From a virus: a DNA stretch of 64,000 bases. Shown here in pieces: positions 9,540 through 17,937 of this stretch (position 1 is the stretch's first letter; the number at the start of each line of letters is the position of its first letter). Both the position numbers and the translations under genes were made by a program. The notes under the pieces are model-generated. The model had not been told where the DNA came from, did no database searches, and saw only the letters and a program-made list of their open reading frames with translations. The stretch is taken from IMG/VR virus record IMGVR_UViG_3300045988_042432; one strand, written 5' to 3'.

Positions 9540-10740
9540 ATTAGTAACTAAAGACAACAAGGGTAAAACTAGAGTAGTCGAGATTAGTTGCGAATGGGAT
9601 GATGCCCAACATGGCTTTGTTATAAGAAGAAAGACTTATCAGTATGGTGGCAAAGTAACTGTGCAGCCAGAGATATGGATATTCCAAGGCAAAGCCAAAA
9701 GGACTGTTGCAGAACAGGCTAAGTTAGAGTACAATTCTCATCTAAAGAAGTATACAGATAAGGGTTATAAGCTACTTCCATCCTCTGTTAACATAGAGGA
9801 TGCGAAGGCAGTTGCAGCATTTGTTGAAGAACACCTAGGTGAGGGTGTTACTGATTCAAATGGATTTAAGAAGCATATGAAAGCCAAGAAGTACGAGGAG
9901 GTAGCTACTAAGGTATTTGATAAAATCAAGTACTGGCTAGGTTCTCGTAAGATAGACGGTGTCAGATGTTCTTTCTATCTAAAGGACGGAGAGATAGTAT
10001 CTGCTAGTCGGGGAGGTGGCGATTATGACGCTTCTACAGTACACCTAAGAACACATCCCAAGATGATAGAGTTATTTAATAAGATGCCAGATTTGGTTCT
10101 CGATGGTGAACTTTACATTCACGGTCGAAGCTTGCAGTATATAAGTGGTACAGCAAGATTAGAATCTGGAGAATCCCGCTGCAATGAATTGGAATATTAC
10201 ATCTATGATACCATGGATGCTAATATGACAGCACAGGAAAGGTGGAATTATATATCTGACGAAATAGCTCCTATACTTGGAATTGTGGATTTTGACCCTA
10301 ATGCTAATTGGAATGAAGATGACCTGAAGGTTAGAATAGTTCCAGAAGAGGAAGTAGTAGGGTGGACTAACATTCAGAAGCTTCATGATAAATATGTCAG
10401 CGAAGGGTTTGAAGGTATAGTTATTAGAGACCCGGACAAACCATATAACTATGGAGGACGTACTAATGCCATGATTAAAGTCAAAATGTATCAAGACGAC
10501 GAGTTTGAGATTGTTGGCTATAGTGACGGATTACGTCCTGAAGATATGGTGTTCATATGTAAGACTCAGGCTGGTAAGGAATTTGAAGCCAAGCCTATGG
10601 GACCTAGAGAACTTAAGTATGAATATCTAGACAGAATGGATGAACTTATCGGTAAAATGGCTACTGTCAAGTATTTCTACTACTCTGACGATGGCAGACC
10701 ATTACAACCAGTACTTAAGTGCATCCGAGACTATGAATAA
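9532..10740 (+). CDS. ATP-dependent DNA ligase
   Basis: Motif I 'RKIDGVRC' (KxDG), 'LDGELY', 'EGIVIRD' and 'AMIKVK'. Confidence 0.9.
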   Translation: MDKLVTKDNKGKTRVVEISCEWDDAQHGFVIRRKTYQYGGKVTVQPEIWIFQGKAKRTVAEQAKLEYNSHLKKYTDKGYKLLPSSVNIEDAKAVAAFVEEHLGEGVTDSNGFKKHMKAKKYEEVATKVFDKIKYWLGSRKIDGVRCSFYLKDGEIVSASRGGGDYDASTVHLRTHPKMIELFNKMPDLVLDGELYIHGRSLQYISGTARLESGESRCNELEYYIYDTMDANMTAQERWNYISDEIAPILGIVDFDPNANWNEDDLKVRIVPEEEVVGWTNIQKLHDKYVSEGFEGIVIRDPDKPYNYGGRTNAMIKVKMYQDDEFEIVGYSDGLRPEDMVFICKTQAGKEFEAKPMGPRELKYEYLDRMDELIGKMATVKYFYYSDDGRPLQPVLKCIRDYE

Positions 10741-10742
10741 GT

Positions 10743-10994
10743 ATGAATTACATTGTAGTATATAGGCAGCAAGGCGAACCTAAAATGGAGTTCTTTAAAT
10801 ATCGCGACGAATCAGACGTTGCATATAAAAGAAGTACATTAATTAGGAATGAAGATGATGTGATTGATATTATGCGGAAGCATTATCAACCAGATGATGA
10901 TGTCTTTGTTATTAGAGAAACACTATTAAATGTAGATGATTTCTCTGATGCAGAGTTAATTAAAATACTATCTAACGCATTGATGTATCTGTGA
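10743..10994 (+). CDS. hypothetical protein
   Basis: 83-aa ORF, tightly packed. Confidence 0.5.
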   Translation: MNYIVVYRQQGEPKMEFFKYRDESDVAYKRSTLIRNEDDVIDIMRKHYQPDDDVFVIRETLLNVDDFSDAELIKILSNALMYL

Positions 10995-11188
10995 TTAACA
11001 AAACTTCAATATCTATAAGCGCTAAGGTGGCAGACTTATTGACTTCTCTGGTAGGGAACACTCTATCAGAGGAGGATAAAAGTCAGCTATATGAAACTGT
11101 ATTTGATTTCTATAGAGACCTTCTTAGAGGTTATGACAGTGAGACTATTAATGAAATTCAAGAACAATTAAAAGGTGTAATATGGTAA
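10991..11188 (+). CDS. hypothetical protein
   Basis: 65-aa ORF with a GTG start that overlaps the upstream TGA. Confidence 0.4.
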   Translation: MINKTSISISAKVADLLTSLVGNTLSEEDKSQLYETVFDFYRDLLRGYDSETINEIQEQLKGVIW

Positions 11189-11484
11189 AAGGGAACTTTA
11201 TAGAAGTAGTAAATTCATTGGAAGCTATCAACTCCAGATGTTTCAAATTGTCTGAAATGGGAATTGATATTGCTGACAGTGATATAGTCAGTAATGCTGA
11301 ATGTATAGCCATGGCTATATTTAAAGAGAACTATACTGACGAAGGCATAGACTGGATTATGTGGTGGGTTTACGAGAAAGCCGGAGACCCGGATATAAAA
11401 GCCTATGACGAAGAGGGTAAAGAAATTATAAGCACATTGGATGAGCTTTACGAATATGTTGAATCATCCTACAAGATTGTTTAA
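11182..11484 (+). CDS. hypothetical protein
   Basis: 100-aa ORF with an overlapping start. Confidence 0.5.
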   Translation: MVKGNFIEVVNSLEAINSRCFKLSEMGIDIADSDIVSNAECIAMAIFKENYTDEGIDWIMWWVYEKAGDPDIKAYDEEGKEIISTLDELYEYVESSYKIV

Positions 11485-11501
11485 TTTTAATTTATAAGAT
11501 T

Positions 11502-11705
11502 ATGAACGAGACATTTGACTTTGGAGAAGCTCTATCTATGATGAGAGCAGGTATGACAGTTATCAACTTAAGTAAGAGACGTTACAGAATGAAGGAAGGC
11601 AATATCATCTGTCTTCCTATATCTGGTTCTAACCAGTACTACGTTGTTACTAAGTGGTTTCCTGATGCCGTTTTAAGTCAAGATTGGAGTCTAGCTGAAG
11701 ATTAG
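11502..11705 (+). CDS. small DUF2829-like protein (Tad2-like fold candidate)
   Basis: N-terminal 'FDFGEALSMMRAGMTV' and C-terminal 'WFPDAVLSQDWSLAE' match the two conserved ends I recall for DUF2829. The middle is shorter than is typical. Confidence 0.45.
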   Translation: MNETFDFGEALSMMRAGMTVINLSKRRYRMKEGNIICLPISGSNQYYVVTKWFPDAVLSQDWSLAED

Positions 11706-11732
11706 CTGTAAGCAATTATTGACTAGTTTTGA

Positions 11733-13121
11733 ATGCAATTAAATCAATCACCTAAAATCAATATTAACTATTGTGCTAAGATTGTGGAAATCCACGATTT
11801 TACACCACACCCAAACCCTAAGTGCGAGCGTCTTAAATGTGCTCATATAGACGGATATACTATTTCGGTTAGTAAAGATACAGAACCTGGAATGTATGTG
11901 TATTTCCCTATAGGATGTGCTATTGACTATTCTTTCTTGTCAGCTAATAACCAGTTCAGACATATTGAGCTGAATGCTGACAAGGAAGCAGCACCTGGGT
12001 ATTTCGAAGATAACGGAAGAGTGAAGATTATTAAGTTGCAGGGCCATGTTTCAGAAGGATTTATTATGTCTATAGAGTCCATTACTAAATGGATAAGCTC
12101 TCTTGGACATACCGAAGCTGTAACTGGAATAGATGCCGGCACTGAATTTGATAGGGTAGGAAACCTGTTTATTTGTAAGAAGTACGTATTAAAGAATAGA
12201 ACTTCTGGCTCCAGCAATAAAACTAGAACTGGTAAACAGCCTAAAGGGTTGAGCAAGTTAGTTGACAATCAGTTTAGATTCCACTACGATACTATTCTTA
12301 TTAAGAAGTGTCCATGGATAATTAAGCCAAACGACATTATTGGTATTACTAGTAAAGTTCATGGCACGTCTGGAATATCAGCAGATGTGTTATGCAAAAG
12401 GCAATTGAAGTGGAAAGACAAGGTGGCTGGCTGGCTTACCTATGTACCTGACACTGCATACGACTATCTGTGGTCCTCTAGAAAGGTTGTAAAGAACCAA
12501 TATTATAATAAGGAAGTTAGTGAGGGTTACTATGGCTGTGATGTGTGGGGAGAAGCTCATAAAGTATTACAGCCATTTTTAACTAAAGGATTAACTCTTT
12601 ATTATGAAATTATAGGCTGGCTTCCTACTGGAGGAGCAATTCAGTCAATGGGAGGTAAAGCTTATGATTATGGTTACGATATGCCGATATGGGACCCTAC
12701 TACTCAAACTACTCCATATAAGTATAATGTGCATTTTGGTATCAGAGTGTACCGTATTACTTATACTAATCCTGACGGAATAGTGTATGAATTTAGTGCT
12801 AGACAAGTGCAACAATGGTGTAAAGATAAGGGCCTCACTCCGGTAACAGAACTGTATTATGGATATGCGAAGGATTTATATCCGGATATATCTGTATCTG
12901 AACACTGGAATGAGAATTTCATACAAAGATTAGCCGAGGACAAGAATTTCTTCATGGAAGAACTATCTCCGGAGTGTCACAATGATGTGCCACATGAAGG
13001 TATAGTAATTCGTATAGAAGACGGTCTGTCTGGGGCATATAAGTTAAAATGTAATAGATTCTTATTTGCAGAATCTAAAGCATTAGATAAAGGTGAAGTT
13101 GATATAGAATCTGACCAATGA
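11733..13121 (+). CDS. RNA ligase, Rnl5/DRB0094-like (N-terminal OB-like domain plus nucleotidyltransferase domain)
   Basis: N-terminal 'KIVEIHDFTPHPNPKCERLKCAHIDGYTI'. Motif I 'SKVHGTSG' (compare T4 Rnl2 KIHGTN), motif III 'LYYEIIGW', motif IV 'EGIVIRIE', motif V 'YKLKCNRF'. Confidence 0.8.
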   Translation: MQLNQSPKININYCAKIVEIHDFTPHPNPKCERLKCAHIDGYTISVSKDTEPGMYVYFPIGCAIDYSFLSANNQFRHIELNADKEAAPGYFEDNGRVKIIKLQGHVSEGFIMSIESITKWISSLGHTEAVTGIDAGTEFDRVGNLFICKKYVLKNRTSGSSNKTRTGKQPKGLSKLVDNQFRFHYDTILIKKCPWIIKPNDIIGITSKVHGTSGISADVLCKRQLKWKDKVAGWLTYVPDTAYDYLWSSRKVVKNQYYNKEVSEGYYGCDVWGEAHKVLQPFLTKGLTLYYEIIGWLPTGGAIQSMGGKAYDYGYDMPIWDPTTQTTPYKYNVHFGIRVYRITYTNPDGIVYEFSARQVQQWCKDKGLTPVTELYYGYAKDLYPDISVSEHWNENFIQRLAEDKNFFMEELSPECHNDVPHEGIVIRIEDGLSGAYKLKCNRFLFAESKALDKGEVDIESDQ

Positions 13122-13492
13122 ACAGGTATATTATAACTTGCATTAATGATTTCGAAACATATAGTGGATATGCTGCATACGCAGAGAGCTTGTTCGATGA
13201 AGACATGAACAATGCAGCTGATGCATATGCTTTCGGAATCGCAGTTGGTATAGTTCCAGATTCGTTTATAGTTACTACAGAAGGTTATGAATATCATAAC
13301 ATGACTGAAGAAGCTATAAGACAGGTAGTTGATAGTATCGAGTGGGAAGATTACTACAACTATAAAATTACTCCTTATGAAGGAACAGATGAAGAATTTG
13401 ATAAACTCATATTAATATATGATGGAAGACTTAGACAAAGAAATTCGGACTCTAGAGTCGATGAAGGAGAAATTGAACCAGTTCAAGGCTGA
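13118..13492 (+). CDS. hypothetical acidic protein
   Basis: 124-aa ORF with an ATGA overlap with the RNA ligase stop. Confidence 0.5.
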   Translation: MNRYIITCINDFETYSGYAAYAESLFDEDMNNAADAYAFGIAVGIVPDSFIVTTEGYEYHNMTEEAIRQVVDSIEWEDYYNYKITPYEGTDEEFDKLILIYDGRLRQRNSDSRVDEGEIEPVQG

Positions 13493-13811
13493 GTTCGCTA
13501 AAGAAATATTTAAGAAGGCAGATGAAGGAGCTATCTCTAAGGAGGTAGCTCTTGACCTGCTGACTGTCTATGATTTATTACCAGTAGCTCCTTGGATAGA
13601 ACTTCCTGCTTTCCTGGAAAGCTATGATTACTTTGACAGATATTCAACAATCAAGTATATGGACTACTTAGACATAGCCGATTTCAAGGATGAAGATGGT
13701 AATGTATCACAGTATGCCCAATTTCCTGACCTAACGTGGGATGAAGCTATTAATGAACTATATGAGTTCGTTAAAGAGAAGCAAGTAATCGGTTGTGTGT
13801 ATGACTGGTAA
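13419..13811 (+). CDS. hypothetical protein (coiled-coil-like N-terminus)
   Basis: 130-aa ORF that overlaps the upstream ORF by 74 nt. The true start may be an internal ATG at 13461. Confidence 0.5.
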   Translation: MMEDLDKEIRTLESMKEKLNQFKAEFAKEIFKKADEGAISKEVALDLLTVYDLLPVAPWIELPAFLESYDYFDRYSTIKYMDYLDIADFKDEDGNVSQYAQFPDLTWDEAINELYEFVKEKQVIGCVYDW

Positions 13812-13830
13812 ATTGTTATAATATTAGAGA

Positions 13831-14091
13831 ATGGATAATCTGTCACTATTAGCAAACCTTCCAAACCATGTTAATGGTAAGCATCTAAATGTGTATAGGT
13901 GGTTAGATGGATGTGGTTGGTCTATTGATGTGGATGGGCATCACTTCGAGAATCATAGTTTTAATCTTTTAGTACATGAAGTTTTAGAATACTTTAGTTG
14001 TTACGAACGTAGCAACGAACGTAGTGGCTATAGTCTAAAAGGAAGCAGAGAGAAGATTATTCAGAAAGTTGAATCAGATTATTTTTATTAA
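13831..14091 (+). CDS. hypothetical protein
   Basis: 86-aa ORF. Confidence 0.5.
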   Translation: MDNLSLLANLPNHVNGKHLNVYRWLDGCGWSIDVDGHHFENHSFNLLVHEVLEYFSCYERSNERSGYSLKGSREKIIQKVESDYFY

Positions 14092-14867
14092 TGGAAGATT
14101 TTAAATTTTATGAAGTAGGCGGTAAGATTAGAGATGAACTCCTAGGTCTTACCAATAAGGATGTTGATTATGTTGCTGTGCCCAGTGAGGAGTTACTGCG
14201 TAATATAGAGGAAGCACAATGTTTGGTGGACGGAATCTATCCAAATACTACTAATGCAGTCTTCACTATGTTAGAAAGCCATTTGAGGGAAGAAGGCTTT
14301 GAAATCTTCTTAGTAACTCCAGATTGCTATACTATACGTGCTAAGTTCCCAGAAGGATACAAGTATCAAGGTGTGGCAGACTTCGTAATGGCTAGAAAGG
14401 AAGTAGGATATGTCCCAGGCACTAGAACTCCCATAGTAGAACCAGGTAACTTGTATGATGATTTATCACGCAGAGATTTCACTATTAATGCTATGGCTAA
14501 AGACCCTGATACTGGAGAAATCATTGACTACTTTTATGGTAAGCATGATATAACGAATGCTTTGATAAGAACTCCCCTCGACCCTGTAACAACATTCGAT
14601 GATGACCCTCTTAGGATACTTAGAGCCATTAGGTTTGCGGTTACTAAGAGATTCACTATATGGCAGGAGACTTGGCAAGCTATGGTGTTCTACGATTATG
14701 ATGCTAAGATGTCAGTAGTGTCAGAGGAGAGAATTAGAGAGGAACTGATTAAGTGTTTTAAATGTAACACTATTAGAACCTTAACATACCTTGACTACCT
14801 TCCAAGACTTAGAGATTATATCTTTACTAAAACTAATCTATGGCTTAAGCCAACTAACGAGAAATAA
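14091..14867 (+). CDS. tRNA nucleotidyltransferase (CCA-adding)/poly(A) polymerase family, head-neck only
   Basis: 'GGKIRDELLGLTNKDVDYV' (GGxVRDxLLG...DxD), 'RRDFTINAMA' and 'DDPLRILRAIRFA'. At 258 aa it lacks the usual body and tail domains. Confidence 0.85.
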   Translation: MEDFKFYEVGGKIRDELLGLTNKDVDYVAVPSEELLRNIEEAQCLVDGIYPNTTNAVFTMLESHLREEGFEIFLVTPDCYTIRAKFPEGYKYQGVADFVMARKEVGYVPGTRTPIVEPGNLYDDLSRRDFTINAMAKDPDTGEIIDYFYGKHDITNALIRTPLDPVTTFDDDPLRILRAIRFAVTKRFTIWQETWQAMVFYDYDAKMSVVSEERIREELIKCFKCNTIRTLTYLDYLPRLRDYIFTKTNLWLKPTNEK

Positions 14868-15166
14868 TGGAATTTAGACTTGCATCTGTTTATTATGGGC
14901 TTATGAATAAGAACGACGATAAAGCCAAAGAGTGGTTAGACTTAGTATCTGTTCATGCGAGTAAAATGGAGGATAATAAAAATGATTTACTACCTAGAGT
15001 CTATATTGAAGTCGACTCTTTAGAGGAGCTTCAATCCTTAATAGAAGAATTATCCATAGGATATCGTCAACTCTCGAATGATGAGTACAGGTTCGAGATG
15101 CTCGACAGCATTGTAATAGATTTTCAATTCAAAGTTATAACGCTTTATGATTATTATTTAGAATGA
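14867..15166 (+). CDS. hypothetical protein
   Basis: 99-aa ORF with a start/stop overlap. Confidence 0.5.
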   Translation: MEFRLASVYYGLMNKNDDKAKEWLDLVSVHASKMEDNKNDLLPRVYIEVDSLEELQSLIEELSIGYRQLSNDEYRFEMLDSIVIDFQFKVITLYDYYLE

Positions 15167-15561
15167 GCAGTTATTTATCATTTTACTTAGTGCCTAGGGC
15201 ACATCCGGAGGAGAAGTTACTACTTCAATCATTTAGTAGGTCTAATGAGGTATATCAGAGATTCTCTGACAATCTCAATATAGCATATGCTGGTAATGAG
15301 GAGAAGTATACTAAACTCACTATTAGTGATGTTGAATCAGTAATTCAAGACATTGATGCTGACATTACTAAGGCGGAAACAAGACATACAGAATATGAGA
15401 AATTCTGTTATGGTAATCCCGAATCTATAGAGGAGATAATATCCACTAAAGAGTATATACGAGATTTGCAAAGCACAAGAGATTATATATCGTTCATACG
15501 GGACGTTTTAACTGATTTAGATTATAGTGGATTCAGTGATGTCTTATGTAATATTGATTAA
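15163..15561 (+). CDS. hypothetical protein
   Basis: 132-aa ORF with a start/stop overlap. Confidence 0.5.
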   Translation: MSSYLSFYLVPRAHPEEKLLLQSFSRSNEVYQRFSDNLNIAYAGNEEKYTKLTISDVESVIQDIDADITKAETRHTEYEKFCYGNPESIEEIISTKEYIRDLQSTRDYISFIRDVLTDLDYSGFSDVLCNID

Positions 15562-15746
15562 TGGAAACACTTGATATTCCAGAACATATATCTAATAGGA
15601 AGGATTCTACAACTATAACTATTAGAATATGTAGAAGAGAGATATTACAGTTGTTACAAGATGTAATAACTAACAATAACTTATTTCATTTGAAACGTAA
15701 ATGGAACAAACTAATGATAAAGGAGCCCTCTGCCAGCGAAAGCTAA
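15561..15746 (+). CDS. questionable small ORF
   Basis: 61-aa ORF with a TAATG overlap. Its 3' end overlaps the Pnkp-frame N-terminus, which starts at 15701. Confidence 0.3.
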   Translation: METLDIPEHISNRKDSTTITIRICRREILQLLQDVITNNNLFHLKRKWNKLMIKEPSASES

Positions 15747-16654
15747 TTATATGCAGAGGGCTCCAGTGACAGGGGTCGGGAAAATCTACTTGGGCTAAAC
15801 AATGGTGTCACGAAGACCCGGAGCACAGAGTAAGATTTAACAATGATGATATTCGTAACATGTTAGGTGATTACTGGGTTCCTAATAGGGAGAAGCTAGT
15901 TACTGAAGCTAAAGCTAATATGATAACGTTTGCTTTGATTAAAGGTTACGATGTAGTAGTTGATAATATGAATCTGAATCCCAAAGAGGATGAATGGATT
16001 AGAACTCTATGTGCCAATATAGAGAAGGACAAGGGAATACATGTTGATATAGAGTATAAGGACTTTTGGACTCCTGTTGAAGAATGTATTCGCCGTGATG
16101 CTATGAGACCTAATCCTATTGGAGAGAAGGTTATTAGGCAAACTTGGAGACGTTATAAGGACTTCATAATCCATGAAGAAATTATGACAGCCAAAGCTAA
16201 GTCATTAGTTCAAGATACTAACCTACCAGCAGCAATCATTGTAGATATGGATGCAACTGTATGTTTGAATACTAGTGGCCGTCCCTTCTACGGAGAAGGT
16301 GCAGCTGAAGGTATGCTTACTGATGAGCCTATTACTCCTGTCATTGAGCTTATTAGAAACTTCTGTGATAATTATCCTGCTAAGTTAATAATTCTAACTG
16401 GTAGAGAGGATACTCCTGAAGTTCGTAAAGCTACGGAACAGTGGTTAGAGAACAATTGGTTGCATCCTGACATACTTCTCATGCGTCCTGCTAAGAGCTT
16501 TACTGCTGGTCCTATATGTAAGAAGAAACTGTATGAGGACAATATCAAAGGCAAGTTCTATATACCTTTCGTACTTGAAGACAATTGTAAGTGTGTGGAG
16601 ATGTGGAGAAATGAAGGCTTGATTTGTCTACAACCGAATGAGGGTAAGTTCTAA
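15701..16654 (+). CDS. pnkp: polynucleotide 5'-kinase/3'-phosphatase (T4 Pnkp-like), interrupted by an in-frame TGA at 15767-15769
   Basis: Manual translation of the frame upstream of the tracked ORF gives MEQTNDKGALCQRKLIICRGLQ*QGSGKSTWAKQWCHEDPEHRVRFNNDDIRNM... The Walker A 'GSGKST' and the 'NDD' equivalent of T4 Pnk D35 both lie before the first downstream ATG (15860). HAD phosphatase motifs 'IIVDMDATV' and 'LTGRED' follow. Confidence 0.75.
15722..15764 (+). other. perfect 12-bp GC-rich inverted repeat (hairpin) ending 2 nt before the in-frame TGA of pnkp
   Basis: GGAGCCCTCTGC (15722-15733) and GCAGAGGGCTCC (15753-15764) are exact reverse complements, separated by a 19-nt loop. No T-run follows. 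Confidence 0.85.
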
Positions 16655-16830
16655 TGGCAATACTTGTAGGACAACTGATTGAAATTCTCCAAAGGTATGA
16701 CCGAGACAGAGAAGTAACTATACATACTCTTAAAGGAGAAACTGTCGAAGTTAACGGATACTTCGTACAAAGAGATTTAAACGACAATGCATTTTATTTG
16801 ACAGATTTAGATGTAGTTCCAAATGACTGA
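16654..16830 (+). CDS. hypothetical small protein (58 aa; below the ORF-track cutoff)
   Basis: Manual translation gives MAILVGQLIEILQRYDRDREVTIHTLKGETVEVNGYFVQRDLNDNAFYLTDLDVVPND. TAATG overlap with pnkp. It fills the gap. Confidence 0.4.
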   Translation: MAILVGQLIEILQRYDRDREVTIHTLKGETVEVNGYFVQRDLNDNAFYLTDLDVVPND

Positions 16831-17137
16831 TTTAGAGAAACGATTTCTAAAGAACACTGATGACACTGGTAGGTTTATATATCAATCATTAGTGACTGGT
16901 AGGAAATACTATGTTGAACCAATTGGAGGACATTCAGATTGGGGAGATATCAATCCCGCTACTAAGAAGGTAGAGGGAGATTATGGTGAGAAGTATAAGG
17001 GCAGTGTAAGTGAGAAGGAATCAATGATTACACCAGAGAATGGATTTGTACTTATTGAAACCTTAGAACCTGGAGTATCACCATTATCAGTAATTGAAGA
17101 AAGGGATAAGCGATATGAACAAATGGCTAAGAAGTAA
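16823..17137 (+). CDS. hypothetical protein
   Basis: 104-aa ORF. Confidence 0.5.
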   Translation: MTDLEKRFLKNTDDTGRFIYQSLVTGRKYYVEPIGGHSDWGDINPATKKVEGDYGEKYKGSVSEKESMITPENGFVLIETLEPGVSPLSVIEERDKRYEQMAKK

Positions 17138-17327
17138 TTTCGATGATTCTACTATACGCAATTTGCTTGCTATGGTAGCACCTTGGATGTTAATAGGAAT
17201 GATAGTTGGGCTTGTAGCTCTGTTTACATGTCCTGTTTTAATGGCAGAATGTTTCTGTTTAGCTCTGTTCTTCATTACCATAGACAGGTATTACGAAATT
17301 AAAGACGAGAAGAATGGTAATAGATAA
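17115..17327 (+). CDS. small membrane protein
   Basis: Two hydrophobic segments, 'LLAMVAPWMLIGMIVGLVALF' and 'CFCLALFFITI'. The ATG at 17115 is used; the track start at 17094 is a TTG. Confidence 0.45.
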   Translation: MNKWLRSNFDDSTIRNLLAMVAPWMLIGMIVGLVALFTCPVLMAECFCLALFFITIDRYYEIKDEKNGNR

Positions 17328-17937
17328 TTTTGACCAAATACTAGACATTCTGGAATTTAATAATTCAGATGAGTTCTATTTCTTGCAAATTATACAACGC
17401 AAGAAAGACGGCTGTGTTACTGATACTGGTAATAACGGATATAGGACCGTTAAAACTTACTATATATTCAGTAGGGAACAGCTAGAGCGCAAAAGAGCTA
17501 AAATTACTGAATTGTGCCAGAGTAATCATGCAAGAGCATACATTACCTTGAATAGACGTAATGCTGAAGAAGTGGCATGTACTGCTATACAAAAGTATGC
17601 CAAACTAATCCAAGAAGGCAACTGCTATCAAGGATATCGCATTTGGGATTCATCTTGTGGGCATACTAGAGCTAGAGGCTACAAGCCACTATGGGTTGTG
17701 GATGTTGATAGTAAGGACGAGAACTATCTTAACACAATCATAGAAATTGTTAATAGTTGTAGAGGTGCACAAGACATCAAAGTTAAACATGTAATTCCAA
17801 CTGCACATGGTTATCATCTTATAACGATAGGGTTCGATACTAATCAGTTCGCTCAACAGTTAGCTATTAGGAATCTGGATTCTATAGATATACAGAAAGA
17901 TAACCCAACGTTGCTGTATTTCGATACAGCTGATTAA
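17314..17937 (+). CDS. hypothetical protein, possible minimal archaeo-eukaryotic primase (AEP)-like fold
   Basis: 'LWVVDVDSKDE' (hhhDhD) lies about 35 aa before 'PTAHGYHLITIG' (S/T-G/A-x-G-x-H). Motif-level resemblance only. Confidence 0.3.
   Translation: MVIDNFDQILDILEFNNSDEFYFLQIIQRKKDGCVTDTGNNGYRTVKTYYIFSREQLERKRAKITELCQSNHARAYITLNRRNAEEVACTAIQKYAKLIQEGNCYQGYRIWDSSCGHTRARGYKPLWVVDVDSKDENYLNTIIEIVNSCRGAQDIKVKHVIPTAHGYHLITIGFDTNQFAQQLAIRNLDSIDIQKDNPTLLYFDTAD

Noticed and set aside
11722-11729. TAGTTTTG, which matches the Bacteroides -7 promoter consensus TAnnTTTG, upstream of the RNA ligase gene.
   Set aside because: It ends only 3 nt before the ATG, so a transcript started from it would begin inside the coding region. 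The match is probably chance in AT-rich DNA.
13419-13492. The 74-nt overlap between ORFs 13118-13492 and 13419-13811, considered as a programmed frameshift site.
   Set aside because: I found no slippery heptamer (X XXY YYZ) in the overlap. An internal ATG at 13461, or a simple overlap, explains it.
15561-15746. The 61-aa ORF upstream of pnkp, considered as a genuine gene.
   Set aside because: It is kept only as a low-confidence feature. Its 3' third overlaps the Pnkp-frame N-terminus (which begins at 15701) and the hairpin, and its sequence has no recognisable features.
15767-15769. Genome-wide TGA stop-codon reassignment, which is known in some crAss-like lineages, as the explanation for the in-frame TGA in pnkp.
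   Set aside because: TGA terminates conserved genes at their expected C-termini in this window (dut at 9149-9151, pncB at 28198-28200). No other long ORF needs readthrough. A local event is more likely.
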